DNA from: Bacteroidales bacterium | GTDB lineage: Bacteria > Bacteroidota > Bacteroidia > Bacteroidales > VadinHA17 | Assembly (NCBI GenBank): GCA_038207725.1 | Contig: JBBQZN010000004.1 | Span: 2,625-66,624 of the forward strand | Length of the DNA stretch: 64,000 bases | Direction of reading: 5' to 3' | Part shown: positions 29,002 to 38,026 of the stretch, piece by piece | Layout of the letters: every line of letters starts with the position of its first letter | Position numbering within the stretch: position 1 is the first letter of the stretch | Notes under the pieces: generated by a model | What the model was told of the DNA's origin: nothing | What the model saw: the letters and a program-made list of their open reading frames with translations, nothing else | The model's database searches: none | Position numbers and translations under genes: made by a program

Positions 29002-31653
29002 ATGATAATTAACATGAAGGCAGAAGAACTCAGGCAGTTATTTTTTGAATTTTTCAGATCAAAGGGCCACACTATCGTCGCATCAGCACCCATGGTTGTT
29101 AAAGACGACCCTACCCTTATGTTCACAAATGCCGGTATGAACCAGTTCAAAGATATATTCCTGGGAAATCAGCAAGCCACAGCCAGAAGAGTTGCAAATT
29201 CGCAGAAATGCCTTCGCGTTTCAGGCAAGCATAATGATCTTGAGGAAGTGGGGCATGATACGTATCACCACACAATGTTTGAGATGCTTGGTAACTGGTC
29301 GTTTGGTGACTATTTCAAAAAAGATTCTATAGAATGGGCATGGGAACTTCTTGTGAAAAAACTTGGCATACCTGAAGACAGGATCTACGCCACAATTTTC
29401 GAAGGAAGCATAGAAGATAAAGTCGCCCGCGATGACGAAGCATATGGTTACTGGGAAAAATGCTTCACAAATCCTGAAGGAAAAATTATTGAAGGATCAA
29501 AGAAGGATAACTTCTGGGAAATGGGTGAAAGCGGCCCATGCGGACCATGCTCTGAAATCCACGTTGACATAAGAGACGATGCTGACAGGAAGAAGATTTC
29601 GGGGAAGGATCTGGTAAATAAAGGGCATTCGCATGTAATTGAAATATGGAACCTTGTATTTATCCAGTATAACCGCAAATCAGACGGATCACTTGAGCAG
29701 CTGCCCTCAAAACATGTAGACACCGGTATGGGATTTGAAAGACTCTGCATGGTTGTTCAGGGTAAAAAATCAAATTACGAAACCGACATTTTTCAGTCTG
29801 TCATAAAGGAAATATCTCTCATTACAGGCAAAAATTATGGCGTGAATGAAAAATGGGATATTGCCCTCAGGGTTATTGCCGATCATCTGAGAGCTGTATC
29901 ATTCTCCATTGCCGACGGACAGATTCCTTCAAACAATAAAGCCGGCTATGTTATAAGAAGAATACTGCGAAGAGCCGTAAGGTATGCTTATACAAGTCTT
30001 GGCATTGAGGAACCATTTATGTATAAGCTTGTTCCGGTCCTTGCTGAAACAATGGGAAACCAGTATCCCGAACTTAAAGCAGGCAAGGATCATATTGCAA
30101 AAATAATTTTTGAAGAAGAATCTGCTTTCCTGAAAACTCTCGGAAAGGGCTTGAAGATGATTGACAAGATGCTTATTGGCCTTAAAAAGGACAAGAAGAA
30201 TATCCTTCCCGGGAAGGTTGCATTTGAAATGTACGATACATTCGGTTTTCCTGTCGACCTTACACAACTGATACTGAAGGAAAACGGTATGGACCTCGAT
30301 GAAAAAGGCTTCGCTGAGGAGATGCTTAGCCAGAAGGAACGGTCGCGCGAAGATGCCTCTGTTGAAACTGCCGACTGGATTATTCTCAGTGACAGGGAAG
30401 GTACTGTGTTCACCGGTTACGATAAAACAAAGGATGAAGTTTCAATAACAAAATACAGAAGCATAAAAGTAAAAGGTAAAGAAAACCACCAGCTTGTATT
30501 TGACAAAACACCTTTCTATGCTGAGTCGGGCGGACAGGCCGGCGACACAGGATTTATAACAGCAGGCAGCGACAAAATTGAAATAACAGATACTGTAAAG
30601 GAAAATAACCTTATTATACATATTGCAGCAAAGGTTCCTGTTAATCCTTCCTCAAAATTTATTGCTGAAGTTAAGCTCGAAAAACGGCTGATGACAGCAA
30701 ACAACCATACTGCAACACATATTATACACCATGCATTGCGGGCTGTTCTGGGAAATCATGTTGAACAGAAAGGATCGCTGGTAACACCTGACCGGCTTCG
30801 CTTCGATTTCAGTCATTTTTCGAAGATGACCAGGGAAGAATTAACTCAGGTTGAGGAAATGGCAAACCGTATGGTCAGAGAGAATCACAAAGGAAATATT
30901 ACAAACGGGATCCCGATGGATAAGGCCAAAGCTATGGGTGCCATGGCACTTTTTGGCGAGAAATACGGAGATACGGTAAGAGTTGTTGAATTCGGTAAAT
31001 CAGTAGAACTTTGCGGAGGAACCCATGTTGATTCAACAGGCTCAATCGGTTATATAAAAATCGTTTCAGAGGGTGCTATAGCAGCCGGAATAAGACGAAT
31101 TGAAGCAATTACTGCAGCTAAAGCAGAGGAATATATTAATGACAGATTAAGAACTATTGAAGAGGTAGCACTGCTGCTTAAGAGCACCGGGAGCCTTACA
31201 GAAAGTGTTGAGAAACTGGTTAATGAAAATTCTTCCCTGAAAAAAAGCATAGAAAAGTATCAGGCACAGTCTATAGCACTCAGATTAGCCGAACTGGAGG
31301 AGAAGGCAGTATACATAAATAATATACGATTCATATGCGGATTGGTTGATACCGAGTCAGCCGATATTCTTAAAAGCATTGCTTACCAGATCCGTACATC
31401 ATCTTCCGGTACAGTACTTGTTCTGGGATCAGCTGCCGGTGAAAAGGCTAATCTCCTTGTAATGGTGAGCGACGACCTTGTCAAGGAAAGAAATATCAAT
31501 GCTGTTAATATTGTAAAAGAGATTTCGGTCGAAATCAACGGAGGAGGCGGAGGACAACCCTACCTTGCCACTGCCGGCGGGAAAAAACCTGACGGTATGG
31601 CAAATGCCTTTGAAAAAGCGGCTGCCTTTCTTAAAAAAAGCACAATTAACTAA
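29002..31653 (+). CDS. alaS: Alanine--tRNA ligase
   Basis: FFEFFRSKGH, FTNAGMNQFK, HTMFEMLGNWSFGDYFK, editing-domain HTATH, C-terminal DHHA1. The start may be the ATG at 29014. Confidence 0.95.
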   Translation: MIINMKAEELRQLFFEFFRSKGHTIVASAPMVVKDDPTLMFTNAGMNQFKDIFLGNQQATARRVANSQKCLRVSGKHNDLEEVGHDTYHHTMFEMLGNWSFGDYFKKDSIEWAWELLVKKLGIPEDRIYATIFEGSIEDKVARDDEAYGYWEKCFTNPEGKIIEGSKKDNFWEMGESGPCGPCSEIHVDIRDDADRKKISGKDLVNKGHSHVIEIWNLVFIQYNRKSDGSLEQLPSKHVDTGMGFERLCMVVQGKKSNYETDIFQSVIKEISLITGKNYGVNEKWDIALRVIADHLRAVSFSIADGQIPSNNKAGYVIRRILRRAVRYAYTSLGIEEPFMYKLVPVLAETMGNQYPELKAGKDHIAKIIFEEESAFLKTLGKGLKMIDKMLIGLKKDKKNILPGKVAFEMYDTFGFPVDLTQLILKENGMDLDEKGFAEEMLSQKERSREDASVETADWIILSDREGTVFTGYDKTKDEVSITKYRSIKVKGKENHQLVFDKTPFYAESGGQAGDTGFITAGSDKIEITDTVKENNLIIHIAAKVPVNPSSKFIAEVKLEKRLMTANNHTATHIIHHALRAVLGNHVEQKGSLVTPDRLRFDFSHFSKMTREELTQVEEMANRMVRENHKGNITNGIPMDKAKAMGAMALFGEKYGDTVRVVEFGKSVELCGGTHVDSTGSIGYIKIVSEGAIAAGIRRIEAITAAKAEEYINDRLRTIEEVALLLKSTGSLTESVEKLVNENSSLKKSIEKYQAQSIALRLAELEEKAVYINNIRFICGLVDTESADILKSIAYQIRTSSSGTVLVLGSAAGEKANLLVMVSDDLVKERNINAVNIVKEISVEINGGGGGQPYLATAGGKKPDGMANAFEKAAAFLKKSTIN

Positions 31654-31691
31654 TTAGCGACCATTATTAGTTCATTCGTATTTTACACCGA

Positions 31692-31707
31692 TATTTTTGT
31701 AATTTTG
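31692..31707 (+). promoter_or_regulatory. Candidate -7 boxes upstream of the lipoprotein/barrel gene pair
   Basis: Two adjacent exact TAnnTTTG matches, TATTTTTG (31692-31699) and TAATTTTG (31700-31707), 16-24 nt before the ATG. Confidence 0.3.
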
Positions 31708-31723
31708 GGGCTTTCAAAGAAAA

Positions 31724-32191
31724 ATGACAAAGTTAATTCAGAGGGCCATTATTATTGCAGCAACGGTACTTGCGGTGCTTCAGTCATCATGCACACCTGA
31801 AGCATGCTTTGAAGAGACAGAGTCATTTCTCAAAGGTTCATTGTATAGCTTTTCCACTGAAAAGATACTTGCTGCTGACTCGCTGTCGCTTTGGGGATTA
31901 AACAGTGAGTCATATAAGGTATACAACAAATCGCTGAAACTTTCGAGAGTTCTGTTCCCGCTCAACGCTTCGTCAGACAAATCTTCCTTTACAATTAAAA
32001 TCAACGGTACTACCGATAATATTGAAATAACATATTCAAGCTACCCGCAACTTATATCAAAGGAGTGCGGCTATACGTTCTACCATAACATTGAAACAAT
32101 TTCCTTCACCAGAAACATAATTGACTCAGTTCATATAAATAAGTATAATGTAACAACTCTCAATGAGGAGAACATACGTATATATTATTAG
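31724..32191 (+). CDS. Hypothetical lipoprotein
   Basis: Lipobox VLQSSC; 155 aa; no motif I recognise. Overlaps the next gene by 29 nt. Confidence 0.5.
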   Translation: MTKLIQRAIIIAATVLAVLQSSCTPEACFEETESFLKGSLYSFSTEKILAADSLSLWGLNSESYKVYNKSLKLSRVLFPLNASSDKSSFTIKINGTTDNIEITYSSYPQLISKECGYTFYHNIETISFTRNIIDSVHINKYNVTTLNEENIRIYY

Positions 32192-32915
32192 TCTGCTGCT
32201 CATTCAGGTACTCAGCCATTCCTTTGCCACAGGACAGGATACTATAACTGTCCCGCTTAAAATAAAGATCGGGATTGAGGCCTCTGGTCCTGTTAAGTAT
32301 CTCACCGATAAAAACATTCTCAATACCGAAGCATCTCTTTCTTTTGATATTAATGAAAAATACTCGCCGGCCATTAATGCCGGATTTCTCAACTACAGGT
32401 ATTCGCAATACAACTATCTATATACAAACAAGGGTGCATTTCTAAGGATTGGCACTGATGTAAACCTCCTCAAGCCCGATAAATCACAGGGAAAATACTG
32501 GGCAGGATTGGGATTACGCTATGGCATAAGCCTTTTCAATTCCGAAGTACCATCCTTTGTACAGGAAAATTACTGGGGAAAAGTAACAGCTTCTGTTCCG
32601 CGACAAACTGCCTTTGGCCATTTTCTGGAAATATCGCCGGGAGTAAGAGCTGAAATATTCAATAACATCAGCATTGGCTGGAGTATAAGCATGAGAATGC
32701 TGCTTTACACCGGAACCGGCAAGGACCTCAGGCCTATATACTTTCCCGGTTATGGAAATGGCGGAAAGAATATGAGTGGAGGTATAAGTTACTTCCTTGT
32801 ATGGAATATTCCTTTTAAGAAAATTAAAGTCATTATCAAACCTGAACCACCCGAAGAGACTGAAGAAACAACCGGTAAAACACCTGTGCAGCAGAGTTCG
32901 GGAATAAGGCAGTAG
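32163..32915 (+). CDS. Hypothetical secreted protein, probable outer-membrane beta-barrel
   Basis: Signal peptide, alternating beta-strand pattern, acidic and Pro-rich tail KPEPPEETEETTG. Confidence 0.45.
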   Translation: MRRTYVYIISLLLIQVLSHSFATGQDTITVPLKIKIGIEASGPVKYLTDKNILNTEASLSFDINEKYSPAINAGFLNYRYSQYNYLYTNKGAFLRIGTDVNLLKPDKSQGKYWAGLGLRYGISLFNSEVPSFVQENYWGKVTASVPRQTAFGHFLEISPGVRAEIFNNISIGWSISMRMLLYTGTGKDLRPIYFPGYGNGGKNMSGGISYFLVWNIPFKKIKVIIKPEPPEETEETTGKTPVQQSSGIRQ

Positions 32916-32993
32916 GCTTTAGAGGCTTTAGAGGCTTTAGAGGCTTTAGAGGCTATAGAGGCTATAGAGGCTATAAAGCTTTAAAGGCTTTCG
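32914..32993. repeat. 9-nt tandem repeat, about 9 units (aggctttag x4, aggctatag x2, then degenerate)
   Basis: Period 9 from 32914. The first unit contains the TAG stop of the upstream gene; the last units encode the final codons (KTESL) of the convergent symporter gene. Confidence 0.9.
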
Positions 32994-34444
32994 GTCTTTA
33001 CTGATTTCCTGCTGAAAATATACAGACCGATAAATGTAATCAGTCCATTGACTAAGAGCAGTTCAAATCCGAACTTATAGCCGTTCAATAACTGAACCGA
33101 ATATTTGCTCAGGAAGAAACAGACAACAGGAGATATAATTGCAATAAGCGGTGTTAATTTATCATTAACGCTCCTCTTTGTAAAAAGCCCGAAGGAATAG
33201 AGCCCCAGAAGCGGTCCATATGTATAGCCTGCAATAGTAAAGAGTTTATCAATTACAGCTCTGTCATTCAGTTTGCTGAATATCATAATACTGATAAAGA
33301 ACAGAAATGCTATTGTAAGATGAACTGTATATCTGATCTTTGTTTTAGCCGCTTCGGTAATTCCCTGTCGTTTGTCAAGTCCAAGAAAATCAATGCTTAC
33401 GCAGGTTGTAAGTGAAGTGAGTGCGCCATCGGCACTCGGGAAAGCAGCGGAGATAAGTCCTATGAGAAAAACAACACCTGCTGCCGGTCCAAGGTATCTG
33501 ATAGCGATAGTAGGAAATATATCATCGGTCGATGCAACAGTAATGCCTTTGCTCTGAATGAAGATCAGAAGAAGTGCTCCGAGGAAGAGGAAAAGAAGAT
33601 TTACAAAAACGAGTATTCCACTGAATGTAAACATGTTTTTCTGAGCTTCCTTAATATTCCTGCAGCTTAAATTCTTCTGCATCATCTCCTGATCGAGGCC
33701 GGTCATTACAATTGTTATAAACATCCCGCTGAGAAACTGCTTCAGAAAAAACCGCTCATGATGCCAGTCAGTGATCCACATTCTGGAAATATCACTCTCC
33801 TTTACTGTTTTGGCCAGACTAACAAGCGATATTTCAAGATCTTTTCCGATATATATCACCGAGAGGACAACTGCAAGCAACATGAAAGTTGTTTGAAGGG
33901 TATCGGTCCATATTATTGTTCTGATTCCTCCCTTAACGGTATAAAGAATAATAAGCAGGATGAAAACAAATACTGTTACCCAAAAAGGGACATTCCACGC
34001 ATCGAAGACAAAAATCTGAAGAACTTTTATAACAAGAAACATACGTAAAGAAGCACCCAGAGTACGTGATATTATAAAGAAACCGGCGCCTGTTTTATAC
34101 GACCAGAAACCAAAACGCTGTTCAAGATAGGAGTATATTGATGTAAGTTTAAGTCTGTAATACAAGGGCAGAAGAACAAGAGCTATAACGAAATATCCGA
34201 AAAGATATCCGAGTACCACAACCATATAACTAAACTGAGTATCCTTCACCCAGCCCGGTACCGACATAAAAGTGACCCCGGAGAGGGAGGCTCCTATCAT
34301 TCCATAGGCTACAACGAACCAGGGTGAAACTTTATTCCCGATAAAAAAAGACTGATTATCGGCCCTGCGTGAGGTAAACCATGTTACTGCAAATAATATT
34401 AATGTATATATAAGGAATATACCAAGAATCAGAAATGGAGGCAT
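32981..34444 (-). CDS. Sodium:solute symporter family transporter
   Basis: About 13 hydrophobic helices in SSF-like order. The ATG at 34444 (MPPFLILG) is preferred over the longer ORF. Confidence 0.7.
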   Translation of the reverse strand: MPPFLILGIFLIYTLILFAVTWFTSRRADNQSFFIGNKVSPWFVVAYGMIGASLSGVTFMSVPGWVKDTQFSYMVVVLGYLFGYFVIALVLLPLYYRLKLTSIYSYLEQRFGFWSYKTGAGFFIISRTLGASLRMFLVIKVLQIFVFDAWNVPFWVTVFVFILLIILYTVKGGIRTIIWTDTLQTTFMLLAVVLSVIYIGKDLEISLVSLAKTVKESDISRMWITDWHHERFFLKQFLSGMFITIVMTGLDQEMMQKNLSCRNIKEAQKNMFTFSGILVFVNLLFLFLGALLLIFIQSKGITVASTDDIFPTIAIRYLGPAAGVVFLIGLISAAFPSADGALTSLTTCVSIDFLGLDKRQGITEAAKTKIRYTVHLTIAFLFFISIMIFSKLNDRAVIDKLFTIAGYTYGPLLGLYSFGLFTKRSVNDKLTPLIAIISPVVCFFLSKYSVQLLNGYKFGFELLLVNGLITFIGLYIFSRKSVKTESL

Positions 34445-34553
34445 AGAAATAGATTTAGCATACAAGAATAGTAAAAAGAAAGGAAGACAAAAAATTCCAA
34501 ACCTGTTTAATAACACCGGAAATTAGAACTAATTTTGTGAAAAACATTAATCA

Positions 34554-35168
34554 ATGAGTTTTACAGAATTCCCCTCCAGACTTCTTGAAGATGCCGTAAA
34601 TGAATTTGCCTCACTCCCGGGAGTTGGCAGAAAGACGGCTTTCAGACTGGTTATGAACCTTTTGCGAAGAGACAAGGAAGAGGTAAGAAGGTTTGGGGAG
34701 AGTATAATAAGGTTACATGGGGAGATTCATTACTGCTCGGTATGCAATAATATCTCCGACAATGAAATATGTAATATCTGCAACGACAACAAACGTGATA
34801 AGGGTGTTATCTGTGTTGTGGAAAGCATACAGGATGTAATGGCAATCGAAAATACCCGGCAGTTCAAAGGATTGTATCATGTACTTGGAGGAATCATTTC
34901 ACCCATTGATGGAATCGGGCCTTCCGATCTGAAGATTGACTCACTTGAGGAGAAAGTAAAAACCGGCGATGTGAAAGAGATAATACTCGCTCTCAGTACC
35001 ACAATGGAAGGAGATACAACAAACTATTATCTCTACAAAAGACTCAATAAATACAATACACCTATAACCACACTTGCCCGTGGGGTAGCCATTGGTGATG
35101 AACTTGAATATACCGATGAGATAACACTTGGAAGGGCAATAAACAACAGAAATCCATATCATCAATGA
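34554..35168 (+). CDS. recR: Recombination protein RecR
   Basis: Hh[14 protein letters not shown]4 zinc finger [16 protein letters not shown], Toprim [10 protein letters not shown]. Confidence 0.93.
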   Translation: MSFTEFPSRLLEDAVNEFASLPGVGRKTAFRLVMNLLRRDKEEVRRFGESIIRLHGEIHYCSVCNNISDNEICNICNDNKRDKGVICVVESIQDVMAIENTRQFKGLYHVLGGIISPIDGIGPSDLKIDSLEEKVKTGDVKEIILALSTTMEGDTTNYYLYKRLNKYNTPITTLARGVAIGDELEYTDEITLGRAINNRNPYHQ

Positions 35169-36379
35169 TAAACTCAATAGGTCATTACCTTTCCAATTCG
35201 GGTAAAAGTCTTAAAAAGTCAGCCATACGTGAGATTCTGAAACATCTGCAGAAACCCGGAATGATTTCCTTTGCCGGAGGACTGCCCGCTCCTGAAACAT
35301 TCCCTGTTGAGGATCTCAAGGAAATTGTAATGGAGGTTTTGGAAAATAACGGTCCCGATGGTCTTCAGTACGGTACCACAGAGGGAGACCCACTGCTAAG
35401 AAAACTGCTTGTGGAAAGGCACAACAAACAGGGATTGAATATTGGTATTGAAAACCTGATAATAACAACCGGTTCACAGCAGGCAATCGATATTATTGCC
35501 CGGATACTAATAGATCCGGGAGACTATGTATTATGCGGATTGCCATCATATCTTGGCGGACTGAATGCCTTTTCTGTATACGGTGCAAAACTCAAAGGTA
35601 TTGCTCTTGATGAACATGGTATGAAAACCGATGAGCTTGAAGAGACAATAATAAGCCTCAGGGAGCTGGGTAAAAAAATAAAATTTATTTATGTTATTCC
35701 TGATTTTCAGAATCCTGCAGGAATAACTCTTCCTGATTCAAGAAGAATTAAAATAATTGAGCTTGCTGAAAAATACGATCTGCTGATAGTTGAAGACTCC
35801 CCATACAGAGAGGTAAGGTTTGAAGGAGAACCTCAAAGACTGATGAGTGAGATCGACAGATCAGGCAGGGTGATAACATTATGCTCATTTTCGAAAATAT
35901 TTGCACCGGGCTTCCGGGTTGGATGGGTGATTGGTCATCCTGAAATACTTGACAGGATGGTAATGGCAAAACAGACTGCTGACTTGTGTACCTCCCCTTT
36001 TGTTCAGAAGATTATAGCCCTGTATATTCAGAAAGGACTGCTTGATAAGAATCTTGCAACAACAATTCAGCTCTATAGGGAGCGACGATCCTTTATGATA
36101 GAATGTTTTAAAAAGCATATGCCTTCTGAGGTCAGATGGACTGAACCCCATGGAGGATTGTTTCTATTCGTAACCCTTCCTCTTACGCTGGATGCCGACG
36201 TTATTTTTAAAAAAGCAATTGAAAAAAATGTCGCATTTGTAACGGGATCAACCTTTTTCTGTAATAATTCAGGACATAACACAATGAGAATCAATTTTTC
36301 CTACTCAAATAACAGCGAAATTGAAACAGGAGTAAAACGACTCGCTCTGGTTATAAAGGAAGAACTTGCTAAGAAATAG
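35165..36379 (+). CDS. PLP-dependent aminotransferase (class I/II fold)
   Basis: [14 protein letters not shown] (PLP lysine); 404 aa. ATGA overlap with recR. Confidence 0.75.
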   Translation: MINSIGHYLSNSGKSLKKSAIREILKHLQKPGMISFAGGLPAPETFPVEDLKEIVMEVLENNGPDGLQYGTTEGDPLLRKLLVERHNKQGLNIGIENLIITTGSQQAIDIIARILIDPGDYVLCGLPSYLGGLNAFSVYGAKLKGIALDEHGMKTDELEETIISLRELGKKIKFIYVIPDFQNPAGITLPDSRRIKIIELAEKYDLLIVEDSPYREVRFEGEPQRLMSEIDRSGRVITLCSFSKIFAPGFRVGWVIGHPEILDRMVMAKQTADLCTSPFVQKIIALYIQKGLLDKNLATTIQLYRERRSFMIECFKKHMPSEVRWTEPHGGLFLFVTLPLTLDADVIFKKAIEKNVAFVTGSTFFCNNSGHNTMRINFSYSNNSEIETGVKRLALVIKEELAKK

Positions 36380-36487
36380 GGAATTTTTAAACTGTCTTTT
36401 GTTTTGGGTTCTCTTAAAATCCTGAAACAATTATCCTTTCTGATTGTTATTCAGGAGAAGACATAATGAAATAATAACAAAGAGATT

Positions 36488-37786
36488 ATGGCAAGGATGA
36501 ATATCTTACTTCCGGCAATGGGTGAGGGAGTTATTGAAGCAACAATTAACAAATGGCTTGTAAGTGAAGGTGCAGTTTTAAAAGAGGATGATCCACTCGT
36601 TGAAGTGGCTACCGATAAGGTAGATTCTGAAGTACCTGCTCCCGCATCAGGCTTACTTGTTACAATTGTGGCGAAAGAGGGCTCGGTAACAAAAGTAGGT
36701 GACATAATTGCCATCCTCGAAAACAATGCTATTCCAACTCCTGAAGAATCTGCAAAGGTTGAGAAAGAGGTAGAAAGAATCAGGGAAACAATCCAGGAGG
36801 TGAAACAGGAAAAGACTGAAATAGAGTCTCTTTCACATGATCTTAAGAGCCGGACACCATCCGGCAAATTCATATCACCTCTTGTCAGAAGCATGGCTGC
36901 CAGCGAAGGAATAAGTTATGCAGAACTTGATTCAACGACCGGCAGCGGAATGGACGGTCGTATTACAAAAGATGATATCTTCAGAATTATAGAAAAACGC
37001 AAAAAAGAAGTTGAAGATTTAAAATCGCCTGACACTAGCAGAGAACTTAAAAAACCCTTACCGCTTGAAAACAAATCAAGTGGCGATGAGATAATTCCCA
37101 TGGACCGCATCAGGAAACTGATCGCTGATCACATGGTAATGTCGAAAAGGACATCTCCTCATGTTACTTCATTTATAGAGGCTGATGTTACAAAGCTGGT
37201 AAACTGGAGAAATGCAAATAAGGATAAGTTTCTGGCATCGGAAGGGCAGAAACTCACACTTACACCAATCTTTATCGATGCTGTTGCCCGTGCCCTGTAT
37301 GAATTTCCGATGGTAAACATCTCCGTTGATGGAAATAATATAATCAGAAAAAAGAATATCAATATCGGAATGGCCACTGCCCTCCCCGATGGTAATCTCA
37401 TTGTACCGGTAATAAAAAATGCCAATGAAAAAAATCTCACCGGACTTGCAAAAGCTGTTAATGATCTGGCTGACAGAGCCAGAAACAACAAGCTCAAACC
37501 TGATGAGATAACAGGAGGAACCTTCACTATAACAAATTTCGGAAGCTACAATAACCTTGCTGGGACACCAATAATAAATCAGCCTCAGGCTGCAATTCTT
37601 GGTACAGGGGTTGTGAGAAAAACACCGGCCGTAATTGAGACCCCCGATGGCGATATGATAGCTATCAGACAGATGATAATACTTTCATTAAGTTATGACC
37701 ACAGGGTAATTGATGGTGCTCTTGCCGGCAGATTTCTTCAAAAGATTAAGGAGGTCCTTGAGAATTATTCTCCGGATTTAGTATAA
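36488..37786 (+). CDS. 2-oxoacid dehydrogenase E2 component (dihydrolipoamide acyltransferase)
   Basis: Lipoyl domain VATDKVDSEVPAP, E3-binding domain SPLVRSMAASEGI...GRITKDDI, catalytic SYDHRVIDGA. Confidence 0.88.
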   Translation: MARMNILLPAMGEGVIEATINKWLVSEGAVLKEDDPLVEVATDKVDSEVPAPASGLLVTIVAKEGSVTKVGDIIAILENNAIPTPEESAKVEKEVERIRETIQEVKQEKTEIESLSHDLKSRTPSGKFISPLVRSMAASEGISYAELDSTTGSGMDGRITKDDIFRIIEKRKKEVEDLKSPDTSRELKKPLPLENKSSGDEIIPMDRIRKLIADHMVMSKRTSPHVTSFIEADVTKLVNWRNANKDKFLASEGQKLTLTPIFIDAVARALYEFPMVNISVDGNNIIRKKNINIGMATALPDGNLIVPVIKNANEKNLTGLAKAVNDLADRARNNKLKPDEITGGTFTITNFGSYNNLAGTPIINQPQAAILGTGVVRKTPAVIETPDGDMIAIRQMIILSLSYDHRVIDGALAGRFLQKIKEVLENYSPDLV

Positions 37787-38026
37787 CTTCTCAATAAATA
37801 CATGATTTGAAAAGCTGATTTCATCAGATTAAAACAGCATTTTAAGAAAAAATGTGCATGTTTGGTAAAAAGGAAGCATCTAAACAGTCCTGATTTCTAA
37901 TATTTCTGCTATATTAGTAGCTTTAAGTTGTATTATCTGACATTAGTACTTCCGGTTTAGTGTAAAAATTGGAAAAACAGACATTCAAATGTTAATGTCA
38001 CCATACTGTTTAGATCAATTTGTATT

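Noticed and set aside
36451-36894. 147-aa minus-strand ORF
   Set aside because: It is antisense to the well-supported E2 gene and is a low-complexity Ser/Thr-rich translation.
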